A DNA stretch of 64,000 nucleotides, taken from Rhynchobatus australiae. Its lineage: Eukaryota. Every line of letters begins with the position of its first letter. The stretch's first letter is position 1. Position numbers and translations under genes: made by a program. The notes under the pieces are model-generated. The model saw only the letters and a program-made list of their open reading frames with translations, made no database searches and was not told where the DNA came from. Positions 13,060-25,536 of the stretch are shown here, piece after piece. The stretch spans positions 8,026,273 through 8,090,272 of the forward strand of contig JAUZTB010000072.1 of NCBI GenBank assembly GCA_034780895.1, given 5' to 3'.

Positions 13060-13704
13060 GAGTCTTAAAACAAAAAATTTGGTTTGTTTGCATTTGGATG
13101 GGAATCCTGAACGTGTGTACTAATGAAGGCTTTTCCCAGCAAGTCCTAGTGTTACATTTTTGTGACAGGAATGAGAGGCTTAGTTGCTGAGAATTGCTCA
13201 AAAGAATTTAAGTAACCCATACTTTGTAGTTCAGCTTTTTGTGTTCAGTAGCAACATTTACTTTGCAAGTTTAGATCCCTTATCTTTCAAGTGCATGGTA
13301 TTCTATGTGAATTGTTTTTTTTTCCAATTATTTATGCGTCTGGTAACAATCAAGCATCTGCTTTAGTTTCAGTTTAATCTGTTAACTGAAGCTCTTGCTG
13401 CAGATAGGCAGATGTTTTTCTATTCTCTTGAGCAATATTTTGCCTCTGTGGTCTGCTTAAAGCTGTTTTATGATGAATTTTAGGGCACAAATTTTCTGCT
13501 GAATTCTTCACATATTACTAAATTCTCAGCTGTATAATCAGATGGAAGATGAACATTTCATCAAGATGAAGAAAAAGACTTGGTACTTCATGCGTATATA
13601 TTTTTCCAAGTTTAACAGTGATTTGGGGTGGCATGAGCACTCAGAAGCTGAGCAATAGAAACAACATCCCATGCTCACAATTTGATTCATCTGGAAATTC
13701 TGTG

Positions 13705-13973
13705 ATAGCTACCTACTTCAACCATTTATTTCTTGAACCAACCTGCACAACCATTATCACTACTTCAGTATCACACAATCAACACTTTGACTATTTTGCA
13801 CTACTGTGGACTTTTTTTTGTTATCTAATTGTGTTCTTTTGTATAATTTTGTTTTTCTTGTGAATGTTGTCTCTAATGCTATATGCTTGTGATGCTGCTG
13901 CTGCATGCACATTTTTACATTGCACCTGTGCATACATGTACTTGTGCAGATGGCAATAAACTCGACTTTGACT
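13705..13973 (+). mobile_element. 3' end of a Rex1/Babar-like LINE
   Basis: Ends cattgcacctgtgcatacatgtacttgtgcagatggcaataaactcgactttgact; an inverted copy of the same tail is at 61394-61530. Confidence 0.65.
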
Positions 13974-14424
13974 ATGTATGTTGATTTCCTTCCTGATTCT
14001 TAATATTATTGATCATCACATTTATTTCAACATTTTCTATTGTAATTTCACACAAGCATTCAGAAGGAATATGCTGTGATCTGAGGCAATCCAAATACTT
14101 CAGTACATGTGTGAATTTTCCAATTTGTTTGTGTGGCATTAAAGTAAGGCTGAAATAACCAAGTGTGTGAATATTTGAAATTAGAGTTAAGTCAAATTAT
14201 AGAAGTAGAAGAGCAGGAAGATTCTCTTTGCCTCTCAGGTTAGTTCTGCCATTCAGTAATATCTTGGGTAGCCTTTTGATTCAGGCCCACTTTCTGACAC
14301 TAGTCACAAATCCTTTGATTTCCTTAATATTTGAAATTCTATCAATCTCTAACTGAAAAGGTGATTTTTGAAATATAAATACATAATATAAATATTTTTT
14401 TAAAAATCATCTGTTTCTTTCTAG

Positions 14425-14500
14425 ATCATGGGACAAAAGTTCCTGTCTCACAGCCAGAGTTACCAATTGAACAGTCCACAGTTGCTGATTATTTGGATAA
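14425..14500 (+). CDS. CEP104: CEP104 coding exon: (D)HGTKVPVSQPELPIEQSTVADYLD(N)
   Basis: Acceptor ctgtttctttctag|, donor |gtaagt; ends in YLDN as in CEP104 (...DEHYLDNLCIFC); phase 1 to 2. Confidence 0.88.
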
Positions 14501-16449
14501 GTAAGTCCACATTTAACTCGTGTCTACAACCCTGTAACAGCCAGATTCCTTTGCAGTATGACTTGGTTAATTTTTCTCCTTACTGATTAAACAGAGTACT
14601 GTTGTAAATTGCATAAGATTTGGTCAGAAGCACTGCAGCAATTGTATTATGAATGAATGGAATTTGGGGTGCAGTTGTGAGTAACTTAACATCCACAACC
14701 ATTCTCAAGCTGCTTGTTGAGTAATTGTAAATGATCGTCAGGTTTATCTAGACTTTAATTCCAAGGTTTCATACTCTGACTAGGATGAGAGTGGATCTTT
14801 GTACTTTATATTGAAAACATTTAGGTACAGGAGTTCATTAGCTGGTGCGGGGCATTGTTGGCTGTATGTCCACCATTGATTAATCATGGTAATGCACCTA
14901 TATCAGTGCTGACTGGTCCATCCTAAAGTCAATTCATAACTTATCATGGGGAAATCAGAGTAATATTTCTGATCACATTTTTACACTTTTTGGCTAAAGC
15001 TGTCACAAGGCTGTTAAATAGTGACAACTCTGAATTGTATGAGTTTTTTATGTAGCTTAGGAATAGAGAAACAGGTGCCTTATTTTATCAAATATTTCAT
15101 ACATTGTTTAGCGGATGTTTTTATGCATTATTTAGCCATAGTGTACTGGCAGTCACTTGTTAGCTAATTTGGCAACAACTTGTCTGAAGATACCAAGGAC
15201 AATATTCCTTTATTAAAGCAATAGAAACTTGCTTGCTCTAATTGTATGTATTAAGTTACTGCATAGTCAGAATAAGGTTATCTGAGCCACATGATTATAT
15301 TATAGCTTTGCAATGCTCAATGTAATATCAGATGTTGTCGTTACTTATTTATATGCGTGAGCTTATTTTTGTCGTCTTCAACTCCGTGCACACTCATGTT
15401 CATATGCTTCCATTTTCCTGCCTTGACAGTTGAGGTGTTGACTCCTTCTCAAGATAAATTATTCAAGTATCAATCGCTCTTGGGTACATTACCCAAATAG
15501 CTGCTATTTAATTGCACGCTTGATGGTGAATATAGGTATGACCAATCAATCACTCCTCCTATCCAAGTAGTCCAACTGAAATCTTGTTCAGTTAGAAAGG
15601 TGAGGAATGTGACTGATCAGTTTTCATTAGTGAAATTAATTTCAAAACACCTGCCATCCCTCCAACAACAATTGGCAAGGATCTTGAACTAAAAGTCAAA
15701 AATGATACCTTCCTATTTGTGTGTCTTGACTATTACTTACTGACCTAATATGTCTCAATATTAAAATGAATTCCCTGATTTTAGCTAGGCTTTCTCCAAC
15801 TTAGGATTTTAAAACAAAGGATCTGTGCCTTTCACCTGGTTTGATGTTGATTTCTCTATTAATCATTTCCATAATTGTATTGCTTCCTTCCTTTTTTCCC
15901 TTCAGATCCTGTGTAGTTTCTTGTTCCTTTGTACAATGTAACCAGCTAGCAGTTTCAAGTGCACAGTATTAACCCATGCTGTCCTCTGGTATCTCCCAAG
16001 TTTGTTGCCTTCATTTGTACTTTTGGTCACTTTCTCCAACAAAAACTGTTTACTATTTATTCCAAGATCATCCTGACAAACAGAAACTTTCTTAACCTTT
16101 TAAACTTTATTCTACCACTGACTATTCCCTTAATTTGCACTCTTAATTTTCACATCCAGTTCCATTGATGGGCTTAGTCAGATTGGCATGGTCAGCACAG
16201 ACCTCATGGGCCCAAGGGCCTATTCCTGTGCTGCACAGTTCTGTGTTCTTTGAAGGTGGTGGTTAGAATTTTTCAGTACAAAAAAAGATTATATTGAATG
16301 GGGGATCTTGTCAAATCCTGATTTTGTTCCATAGCAAAATAGCTATATCTGTATTGCTGCAAAATCACAGTAGACCCATCAGTGTTTTAAGCCTCCAGGT
16401 GGCATTCTACTCAAATTAAAAGACTAATATTCACAGGTATGGAATATTG

Positions 16450-16770
16450 ATTTTGGAGATAAAAGTCCACATACCTCAATGGTATGAGGAAATCTAAATG
16501 GAGTTAACTAAATTTAAGCTAAAATTTAAATGTTTCTATCAATAATGGTTACTGTGAAACTACTGGAATGTCATTTTTTTAAAAATCATTAAGGACTTTT
16601 GTGGAGGAAAACTTGCCCATCCTAACTACTCTGGTCCATATGTGACACTAAATTTGCCATAATGGTTGCACACTTAATTGCTTTCTGAAATGACTGAGTA
16701 AACCACTCAATTTGGAAGCGAATTATGGATGTGCAGCAAATACCAGACCAGCACTATCCATGTACTGTGA
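16450..16770 (+). mobile_element. Degraded tRNA-derived SINE (same family as 2040)
   Basis: aataatggttactgtgaaact...ggaggaaaacttgcc...tctggtccatatgtgac...ctgaaatgactgagtaaaccactcaatt. Confidence 0.55.
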
Positions 16771-18026
16771 TCAAATTGGAAAAAATGAACTATATTTCAT
16801 TCTGTCAAAGATCAGGATTAGTTCATGTTACCAAAGTATAAGCACACCTTTCCATTAAATAACCTGTTCCACAGATTTTAAAAAAACATCATCAACTAAT
16901 TATAGCTTTTGTTTTCCCTTGTAGTGTTTTCCCAGCTATTAAACAGGAAAAAGGAATTTTTTTAAAAGGTGAAATAGTGTAAAGCCAGTGTTTTAAAGGG
17001 AGAGCAATATTCCAAACCACCAGCGGAAATCCTTGAATATGTAATTTTATTGTTATTGCAGGGCGTATCACAATCATTTACATATACTGTCACTGTATTA
17101 AACAATGTATACTTGCAGATCACCCATGACGTTGTTCAGGGAGCCAGATTATATTGCACTAACAGGTGTTCTAAGTAATTCTCCCCCAAGGGGTTTTCCT
17201 TTTAGTATCCTGATTCTGCACATTTTGACCAAAAACACTTTTTTAAAAAAAACTTGTGACAAGCAAACATGAATAGGTCACTACAAGCTGATTGACAGGG
17301 ATTTCCTCTGGCATTTATTGATGTATATCCTTTTGCCTTACACAGTTGTGAAGAAGTGGATAGTAACATCATTTTAGATTAATGGCCCTTGTGTTGAAGT
17401 GTGCTGGATATTAGATCTTTGTATAACCATTTTTATGGGAGTACTAGCAGAGGTCAGGAGTTTGTACCAGGCTCCTGGTGTAGTAGCAGGGAGAATGGGT
17501 TCATACAATGTTTCTGCCACGGAAGCGCTGTCAGTAACAAATCACTACAAGTAAAAATATTATAATGACCCCTTAGCAGTCAGTCTTTTAGTAATTTCAT
17601 TTCTGGGGACTGACATCCTGTGTGGCAATGCCATAGTATATCATGTAAACTTGTTGGAGTTGAAACATTGGTTATTTGTATAAAGCACTTGTACATGAAT
17701 CAGTGCAACTTGAAACCACCTATCCATGAGTCAGCCTGTGGCAATTGCTTAGAACTTGCTGTCAAAGCTAGTTTGTAATTTATTGTTGTACTCATTGTAA
17801 TTTTTTTTAATATTCTTTGTTTTGGGTGTGTACTGCTGCCATCAATTCACATTCTTAATACACAGCCATTCAGCAGTGTATTTCAGCAAAGTTGTCTGTG
17901 CCTGCTTCTATTGATCCAAGTGCTGAAGTGTCCAGAAATCAGCCTGTTATTTCTAAAAAGAAATTAAGCTGATTGCCTTCTTCTGTTATTGGACTGAGTT
18001 TGTTGCATTTCAATTTGCTCTTTCAG

Positions 18027-18135
18027 TTTGTGCATATTCTGTGGGGAGAGGAATGAAATGTTTACTGATGAAGGCTTGGATATTCATTACTGGAAGCACT
18101 GTCCAATGTTGAGACGCTGTGAGCATTGCAAACAG
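18027..18135 (+). CDS. CEP104: CEP104 zinc-finger exon: LCIFCGERNEMFTDEGLDIHYWKHCPMLRRCEHCKQ
   Basis: Near-identical to recalled CEP104 ZnF1 and start of ZnF2; tttcag| acceptor, CAG|gtatgt donor; phase 2 to 0. Confidence 0.97.
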
Positions 18136-18274
18136 GTATGTGGAATACATTGACCATTTGCTTTCCTAACCACTAACCTGGCATTGTTTTCTAATCAGGA
18201 GAACTTCAAACAGTATGTTTAGGTACTACATGCAAAAGTGCTATTGACATCAAATATTTTTGTATAAAAACGTA

Positions 18275-18610
18275 GAACAGTAAGAACAGACCTTTTGGGC
18301 CACCATGTTTACACTGACCACAATGCCAGTCTAAAATAACCCCACCTGCCTGCATATGGTCTCTATTCCTCTACTCCCTACTATCTGTCTAAATGACTCT
18401 TAAACAACACTATTTGCAAGTGCTTCTTAACACCTCCCCTAGCAGTGCATTCCAGGCACTTACCACTCTGTAAGAAAAAACTTTGCCTCACTAATCTCCT
18501 TTAAATTTCTCACCTCTTCACCTGATGACCCTAGTGCTCTTGTTCCTATCCCACCCTGCCACAAGTTTAAATCCTCCCCAGCAGCATGCGCAAACCTCCC
18601 TGTAAGGATA
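18275..18610 (-). mobile_element. CR1 LINE 3' fragment
   Basis: tagaacagtaagaacagaccttttgggccaccatg...cattccaggcacttaccactctgtaag typical CR1 tail. Confidence 0.65.
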
Positions 18611-20194
18611 TTGATTTTAATTATTTGTGTATTGTACATTGAATTTCCTACTCCAAGTACTGAAAACCATTTGTTAGATTTTGTTTGTTTAAATCATATA
18701 AAGATTTGTTTTGCTCCTGTCATTATGTACCATAACATTTCATTTTTGCCTTTCTTGCTTCTAGCTAGTGTAGATATCCTGTATACTCAAGCAGCCTCAA
18801 GTTTGTCAAGTTAAGTTGACAAGCTTTCAGAAAGTCTGCATGCACTTCATATCAAATTCCATTATGTTTTTTGTCCTTTGTTTTGGTGAAATGTATGTGT
18901 TACACAAGTCAAGGGCTTGCAAGTGTTGAAAGTGAAACACCTAAATGGAGAATGGCATTCACATCTATAAGGTGTACCTTTTTTACAAACAGCTCATTAT
19001 TTACTTACTGGTTCTAATGCTACCTTATTTAAACAGATTTCCTTGTAGACAGTTGCACTTAAATATTCTATAATGTTAAAAATATTACACTACTTAACGT
19101 TCCATCCAATTATACTGTGGATAAATATACAGTGCAGTATTCAGGTGCAGATTAGTATGATTTAAACCATGGGTTATCTGATTTGCATCAGGTCTGTGAT
19201 ATAGGAAGTTTTGTGAATGGGGTGGGGGGGAAGATGAAGATAATTCTGCTGAAAAGTCTATGTATATCCACACTGGGTGAGATCAGGACTCGAATCAGTT
19301 AATACCCTTCATTTTCTCATTCCCTACTTGGGACCTACAAGGTTATGTTAAAGATGGCTACTTTGGAGATGCTATAACCCAAAAGTCTAAAATTTCATGA
19401 TTTATGTGCTAGCAACAATGGAACTGCCATGAAACTAGAATAGACAAAATAGAAGTAAGGGATGAAGATAAGAAATGTGTAGGGAAAAGATAGATTTAGT
19501 TAATATATTACATATGGTATTAAATGTTAAAAACGGAAATGCACGTTTTACCTCACCCTGATTGTGAGTTCTGATATCAGCTCTTTTTCTAATAGAGTAT
19601 GATATTTCAACAATGTGCTAGAGTAAATGAAGACAACAGGGCCGTAAGTCTCTAAAGAACAGACTAAACGGTAGTATAAGTCTGCAACATAACTAATTAT
19701 GTTATTCACTGGTACAGAGTTACTTTAAGTAGAGTGCTGTGTTTTAGCATAATGTCAATGGAGTGCAGAATTCTTAAGTGTGTTTGATTTTCTTGGTCTT
19801 TTCATTTGCAGTGGGATGCAAAATATTTAAAAAGAAACATTTAGAAATCAATCAGACACCAGTTAATTAGTTAAACATCTAGAGCTGTAAACTGAAGTCA
19901 GCTGACTCGGAACTTGTGGTACCCGAGAATATACATAAGTGGATTGTACTGAAGCACAATGTGCAATGGTTCTTTTGATCTGGTGAATAAAGTACTTCAC
20001 TAAGACAAGGCAATGTGTAACTTTTTATTTAAAGAATTAAGTGAATTAGCAAGTCAATTTAAATAAGGCATGGCAGGATAATTCAAACATGTGGAATACA
20101 TACCTTGCGCTGTGTGGAATTTCAGGGACAGTGCAGCCAGAGCTAAGACCATAGCTCAAAGGCTTAGCAATACAGAGATGGAAGAGAAAGGTCA

Positions 20195-20530
20195 AGAGTA
20201 CGAAGGTTAGGGGAGTAGACAGACATTTCTGTGGATCTAGAAGTGGTTCGAGGTTGGTACATTACCTCCCTAGTGCAAGGATTGTGGATGCCACTGAGTG
20301 TCTGCAGACAATTCTGGAAGGCAAATGTTAACAGTAGTGTCATTATACGAGTACAGCGATGTACGTGAGTAGAAAAAAGGATGACCTTTTAAGGAGTTAG
20401 GAAAGGGATTAATAAACAAGACCTGAAAGGTAGTAATATTGGATAGATTTTAGGCACTGATGCCAGTGAATGTAGAAATAGGAGAATGATGCAGATGAAT
20501 ATATGTGTAGAGGAATGGAGAGGGGTTAGC
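20195..20530 (+). mobile_element. CR1 ORF1 esterase remnant
   Basis: gttaggggagtagacagacatttctgtgga...cctccctagtgcaaggattgtggatgccactgagtgtctgcagacaattctg reads like VRGVDRHFCG...LPSARIVDATECLQTIL; homologous to 11750-12013 and 55767-55973. Confidence 0.65.
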
Positions 20531-21299
20531 AGTCTTAACAGACTCTGAAGGGTCAAAAGTAGAACTGGAAATGGAAGGCAAAAAATTAATTAGTGTTGAA
20601 AGGCAGAAAATACAAATTTAGTAAATAGAAATGCAGCCTGGAGTCACTCAACTGATCAGGCAGCATCTATGGAAAGAGAAAGTTAATAATTCAGGTCTAA
20701 GATGCCACATCAGAACCGAAGGAGAAAATTGGTTTTAAGTTACTAGGATGAGGGATGGTTAAGGTAAGGCTAGGGTTGCTGAGGCAATAAGCTGTTGAAG
20801 TAATCCTGTTGATGGGTTATGAGGGCAGTTAAAGAGAAAACAAAGGGATGTTTTTCTTTCTATACAGCAAATTGTGGAGAACACAAAAAAAAATCTGTGA
20901 AGTCTGACATTTGGAGCTACTTGGATGAGCATATGGATTCCGAGATTTAGACTTGCCTTCTGATTGGAATGTTGTAACTCCAGTTTACTAGATTTGCTCA
21001 AAATTGAACACATCAATTTCTCTTATGCCAAAGTTTGTCTATCCATCTTGCTACTGAGAAGCTCTAGTGAGCTGTTACAATTTTTAGTTTGAGGAAAATT
21101 AGTGGAAGAAAGAACTTGGAAAAATCTTTGGACAAATAGAATGATACATCATTTTTAAAATGTGTGTTAATCTGGCTGGCATCTAGAATTGATAGTTCCT
21201 GTTGGTTTTCCTTGCTAGCTTTGATTGTGAAATCCAGGTTATTGAATTTAAAAAGTCTCTCAAATTAAACATCATAGGTTTTTGTGTAAGTATTCAAAA

Positions 21300-22011
21300 T
21301 GGCTAAATATTCAAAATAGCAGGATATGTCAAGTAGGGTATCGGAACATTTACGTTAGGGCTGCAGCTATACACAACAGTTGCAGATCACTTAAAATTTG
21401 GAATAGTCAATGACACAAACCATTTCTCTGTAGTATTGTGAACAGGGTAGGCAGATGCATAAATTACAAAGGGATGTTGAAATATTGGATAGATTTTAGG
21501 CAAATACAGGCAAATGAGGGGTCATCCACTTTGGACTTGGATACAAAATTTTAAACGGTAAAATGATGGTAGTGGAAGCCCAAGGGACTAGAGGGTCCAT
21601 GTATGTACGTCATTGAAATGTCATGGAAAAATCCTTGGGGAACTGTGAACAATTTTAGACACTGCACCTTCGGAAGGAGATTTTTGGCCTTGGAGGTTAT
21701 ATTACATGGAATGTAAAAGGTTAAGGGGTAAGTTTTCAAGCTGTTACAAAAAAAAAATAAGGAGATGTAAATATTATTTACAAATTGGGAAGTCTTGGTC
21801 AAAGAGGCATAGAATTGGGGAGCATATCTATGTGCAGAGGGCATAGAAAAAGAGGGAAAAGAAATACGCAATTCTTCTGTAAACAGTATTTGATTCTGTT
21901 CCTTTATAATCTGAAGTTGATAACCTTTTGTAAACCAAAGGTAATGAAAGCATTCGGCACAGCTTTGTGGGCCGAAGGGCCTGAATTGTGCTGTAGTTTT
22001 TCTATGTTCTA
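21300..22011 (+). mobile_element. Heavily decayed CR1 ORF2 and 3' tail
   Basis: Degraded RT-like segments ending in ggcacagctttgtgggccgaagggcctgaattgtgctgtagttttctatgttcta (CR1 3' terminus). Confidence 0.6.
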
Positions 22012-22434
22012 AAGTTGTGTGAAAGGCATGGATGTATGGAGTTAGTTACAATCTTATGATTGGCTATGATCTTATTAGGCGGCAGAATAATGGCTAAATG
22101 GCATGCTTCTAATCTTGGGATTTATTTTAAGACAATTAACGAAGTGTGATATGTGTAATGGAAATAGTATGTCATCAAATAAAATTTGATGTTTTTTTTC
22201 ACCCAAAGTGGTTAACAGTGACATCATTTTCCACAACACTGTCATGATATCTGTCAATGCAGTGCTGCTGAAGACTACGTGCTTACTCAGGCTTGTGTTC
22301 AGTCTAACTTTTGATGCACTCATAACCAATTCTGTATCCCTATTGCCTAAGCCAACTTAAAAACCAACTTTAATTAATGAAAATACATATAACACCTCAT
22401 CACAGTGTAAATGCCAATCTTATGGTGATTATAG

Positions 22435-22756
22435 AGTCATTAAGCATGGAAACGGGTCCCTTAGCTAACTGAGTCCCTGTTGACCATCAAGCACCCATTT
22501 AAACTAATCCCACACTAACCTCATTTTTATTCTTCCTACATTCTTCTCAACTCCCCCTGGACTCTGCCCCAAGTGTGTAGGTGAATGATAATTTATAATG
22601 GCCAATTAACCTACCAATTTGCATGTCTTTGGGATGTGGNNNNNNNNNTGAACACCCAGAAGAAGTCCACACGGTCAGAGAAGAATGTGTAAACTCCACA
22701 CACTACCAAAGCTCAGGATTGAATCTTGGTTGCTGGAGATAAGGCACTGTGCTCCC
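22435..22756 (-). mobile_element. HE1-like V-SINE
   Basis: ggccaattaacctacc...atgtctttgggatgtgg...gaatgtgtaaactccacac...caggattgaatc. Confidence 0.7.
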
Positions 22757-22930
22757 CTATGTTGATTCAAAATATGATAACCTGGCCTTCACAATAACTT
22801 TTATCATAATGGAGATGGCAAAGTCTTCCTTCCTCAGTGAGACTTGGATACCTGTAGTGAACTCTATTTCTCTGACCAGCAAATTGAAGTTCTGATCCAA
22901 AAATAATTTTGGATTCTTTTCTCTATCCAG

Positions 22931-23069
22931 GTAGTAGAAATAGCCAGTCTCACTGAGCACAGACTGACTGAGTGTGATAAGAAAGATAGCTTCGGAAAGT
23001 GTCCTCGTTGTGGTGAGGCAATAGCAAGAGAGGATCTCCAGGAGCATCTGAAGATGAAGAACTGCAATG
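22931..23069 (+). CDS. CEP104: CEP104 zinc-finger exon: VVEIASLTEHRLTECDKKDSFGKCPRCGEAIAREDLQEHLKMKNCN
   Basis: Matches VVEISSLTEHLLTECDKKDGFGKCYRCSEAV...; ctctatccag| acceptor, |gtaaga donor; phase 0 to 1. Confidence 0.97.
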
Positions 23070-23209
23070 GTAAGACAGAAAATGTTAGATAATCTAGTAA
23101 GATTAGGAAATTTACTATACATATCTCTGCCCTGATTTGAGCAGTCTCTTTGGGAGAACATGATTATAATCACGTGACCGTAAATGAATACAGTTCATAA
23201 ACCTAATTT

Positions 23210-23650
23210 AACATGCTTGTACACACGCACTTGTGGTGCTGTAAAGGTCTCCTAGCTATCCATGGACAACAAATGACTGGGATTTTGAGCATGCATTTAA
23301 AAAGCTGCCACACGAAAGGTTTTTGAACAAGATAAAGAGTAGGCAGTCGGGGTGGCATGTTGTCTACATAACAAGAAAGAGTCGGGATAAACATTTTTGG
23401 CAACCAGGAACAGATAGGATTCCACAAGGGTCTGTGCTGAGGCCTCTGCCATGTTAGTGACTTGGATGAAGGCATGCTTAATGATTTAAAGACAGATTGG
23501 AAAGCAAGTTGTGAGAAGGGCACAAATAGCTTGCAAAGAAGTGAGCAAGAAGTTGGCAGATGGAGATTAATGTGGAAATGTTTATTATTTCAGTGAAATG
23601 AGAGTACAAAATATTGTAGTAGAGTGAGGGTTGATCTTACTGAAACAAAA
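23210..23650 (+). mobile_element. Decayed CR1 RT fragment
   Basis: tttaaaaagctgccacacgaaagg...ggattccacaagggtctgtgctgaggcctc...tgacttggatgaagg resembles KVPH / GVPQGSVLGP / DLDEG. Confidence 0.55.
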
Positions 23651-23654
23651 GACG

Positions 23655-23990
23655 CTGATAACCTGGAATAAAAATGGAAAACGCTAGTATTACTCAGCAA
23701 GTGAGGAAGCATCTGAGAAAGAAACAGCATTCTCATTTCATTTCTGTTACTTAAAAAGTCGTCAACCTGAAATATTGAAGAACAGATTACTGCAGAAATA
23801 AAAACAAGGTGCTGGTAAAACTCCAGTCATTTGTAGATTGAGCATCTGTAGATTGAGATGTTTCAGGTCAACAACCCTTCATTAGAACACAGGACTGATG
23901 CAGGGTAACTGGTCTGAAACATTAACTCTTGTTTTTCTCTACACAGATACTACCTAACCTGCTAACCATCACTTGCTGTATTTATTGCTG
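23655..23990. repeat. Cluster of short palindromic non-autonomous repeats of Penelope pLTR type with hammerhead-like cores
   Basis: tactcagca...gcatctg arms, and inverted gtttcaggtcaacaacccttcattagaac / ggactgatgcagggtaactggtctgaaacattaactc. Confidence 0.6.
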
Positions 23991-25118
23991 ATGTAAAGCT
24001 GAGGGTCCAGCCTCGGCTCAGTATGATCAGGAGCCATTTCTTGTCAAGAGATAAAGCAAGAGATCAGATGTGCTGGCAGCTGATCNNNNNNNNNNNNNNN
24101 NNNNNNNNNNNNCATCCAGGCTGCTGACACTGATGTTAGCTAGCATTTCTGTCATCACTCCAATCCTGCCCATTATTAAACCCCATTGTCAATATAGATC
24201 ACTTTTTGTAATAAAAACAATTTCATCATTGCCTGGGTGGATAAAATTTGCAGCTTACATGAACCGTATTTTTCAGTAATAAAACAATGTGCACAGATAA
24301 ACCAGGAGAAGTTATTTTCAGTTAACTTAAACTGGATCAAAAGTCTGACTGTTTCTCATGCCTGGAGAATTCAGTGTCGGAACCTAACAGATAAATTATT
24401 GTACAGTTGTGGAAAAACTTTCCTGAAAATATGTGAATTGCTGCCCAGTGGGGTAACAGTAAAATTAATTTTAGAATTTAAGCAGAAAATCAGAACACTT
24501 CGATTGCTGACATTGTATAAAACTCTGGCATTTGTTGTAAAGCAAGACAAAATTTATGCTGTAATAAAACCAACTTCATCATTACCTGGGTGGAGCCCAG
24601 CATATCTTTGGGCCTGCCTTGGGAATTTTGGAAACAAAATTTTGAATACAAAAGAAATGCCAAACAAGGACCTGAGAGAGTTCATTGTCATCAAGAAACT
24701 GATATGAATCTGGATTAGTTTACACATTGATGATTGTATTAAGGCACCACAATTAAAAGCTTTGCTTTGTTTTTTCTTGCCCCGGATGGAAAAAAAGAAG
24801 GCAGGTGAAATTGGACTACTTTTGCTGGAGGTGTATTTCTCAAGGAGATGCACCCTTTCATGGGTTATGGGATTAAAAATAGTAAATTGGAAAGTTCTAT
24901 CCATAATATAATGGAACTATTGTAACAGTTATTTTTAAGTACTTTTCAATGAAGTGATCATGGACTAGATGTGGCATTTTTGGACAACGAGCTGCAAATA
25001 AAATTTATCTCTAAGACTCCGTGGCTTTTACCTTTCCTCTGCCATCATCAGAAACTTAACTCACTGCTCTTTGGTAGATTTGAAACCAATTTGAACACGG
25101 GTTAAAAAAAAATAGGTT

Positions 25119-25536
25119 CAGGAAAACTCCAATAATCTAGCACCCTTGAAACTATGGTAGTGCCAGACTGGGCAGATTTTCTGGACTATTGAATGTTATT
25201 CCTATTTAATACTGAAAACACTTTTTTAAATGTTAGTGTATAATAAATTTTCAATTTGATAAGTTTCCCTTGATCTTGGTGAGCTTAAAGGGAGTGGGAA
25301 ATGTACAAGCACTCTCTGCTCCAGCTACCAGCCTACCTGTGTTCCAGATTCCAATACTGATTTTGGCTGCACACCCAGCCCATAGTCCAGATCCTAGCCC
25401 TGGTCACACTCCAGATCCCTGCCTTTGACTGGACACTTAATTTACACTCGACCACTGATTTGCATTCTGGAGTAATGAGTGAACCAGATGCCGGGATTTC
25501 TGAACAATTGGATGCTGGATTATTGGAGTTTTGCTA
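25119..25536. mobile_element. Tc1/mariner (pogo/Tigger-like) MITE
   Basis: ~24-bp terminal inverted repeats: caggaaaactccaataatctagca (25119-25142) and tgctggattattggagttttgcta (25513-25536); no coding capacity. Confidence 0.7.

Noticed and set aside
22757-23173. 138-aa minus-strand ORF
   Set aside because: Antisense shadow of the CEP104 exon at 22931-23069.
24237-24904. Longest non-repeat ORFs (156 aa on +, 116 aa on -)
   Set aside because: Non-ATG or weak starts, no recognisable domain, AT-rich intronic context; consistent with chance ORFs.
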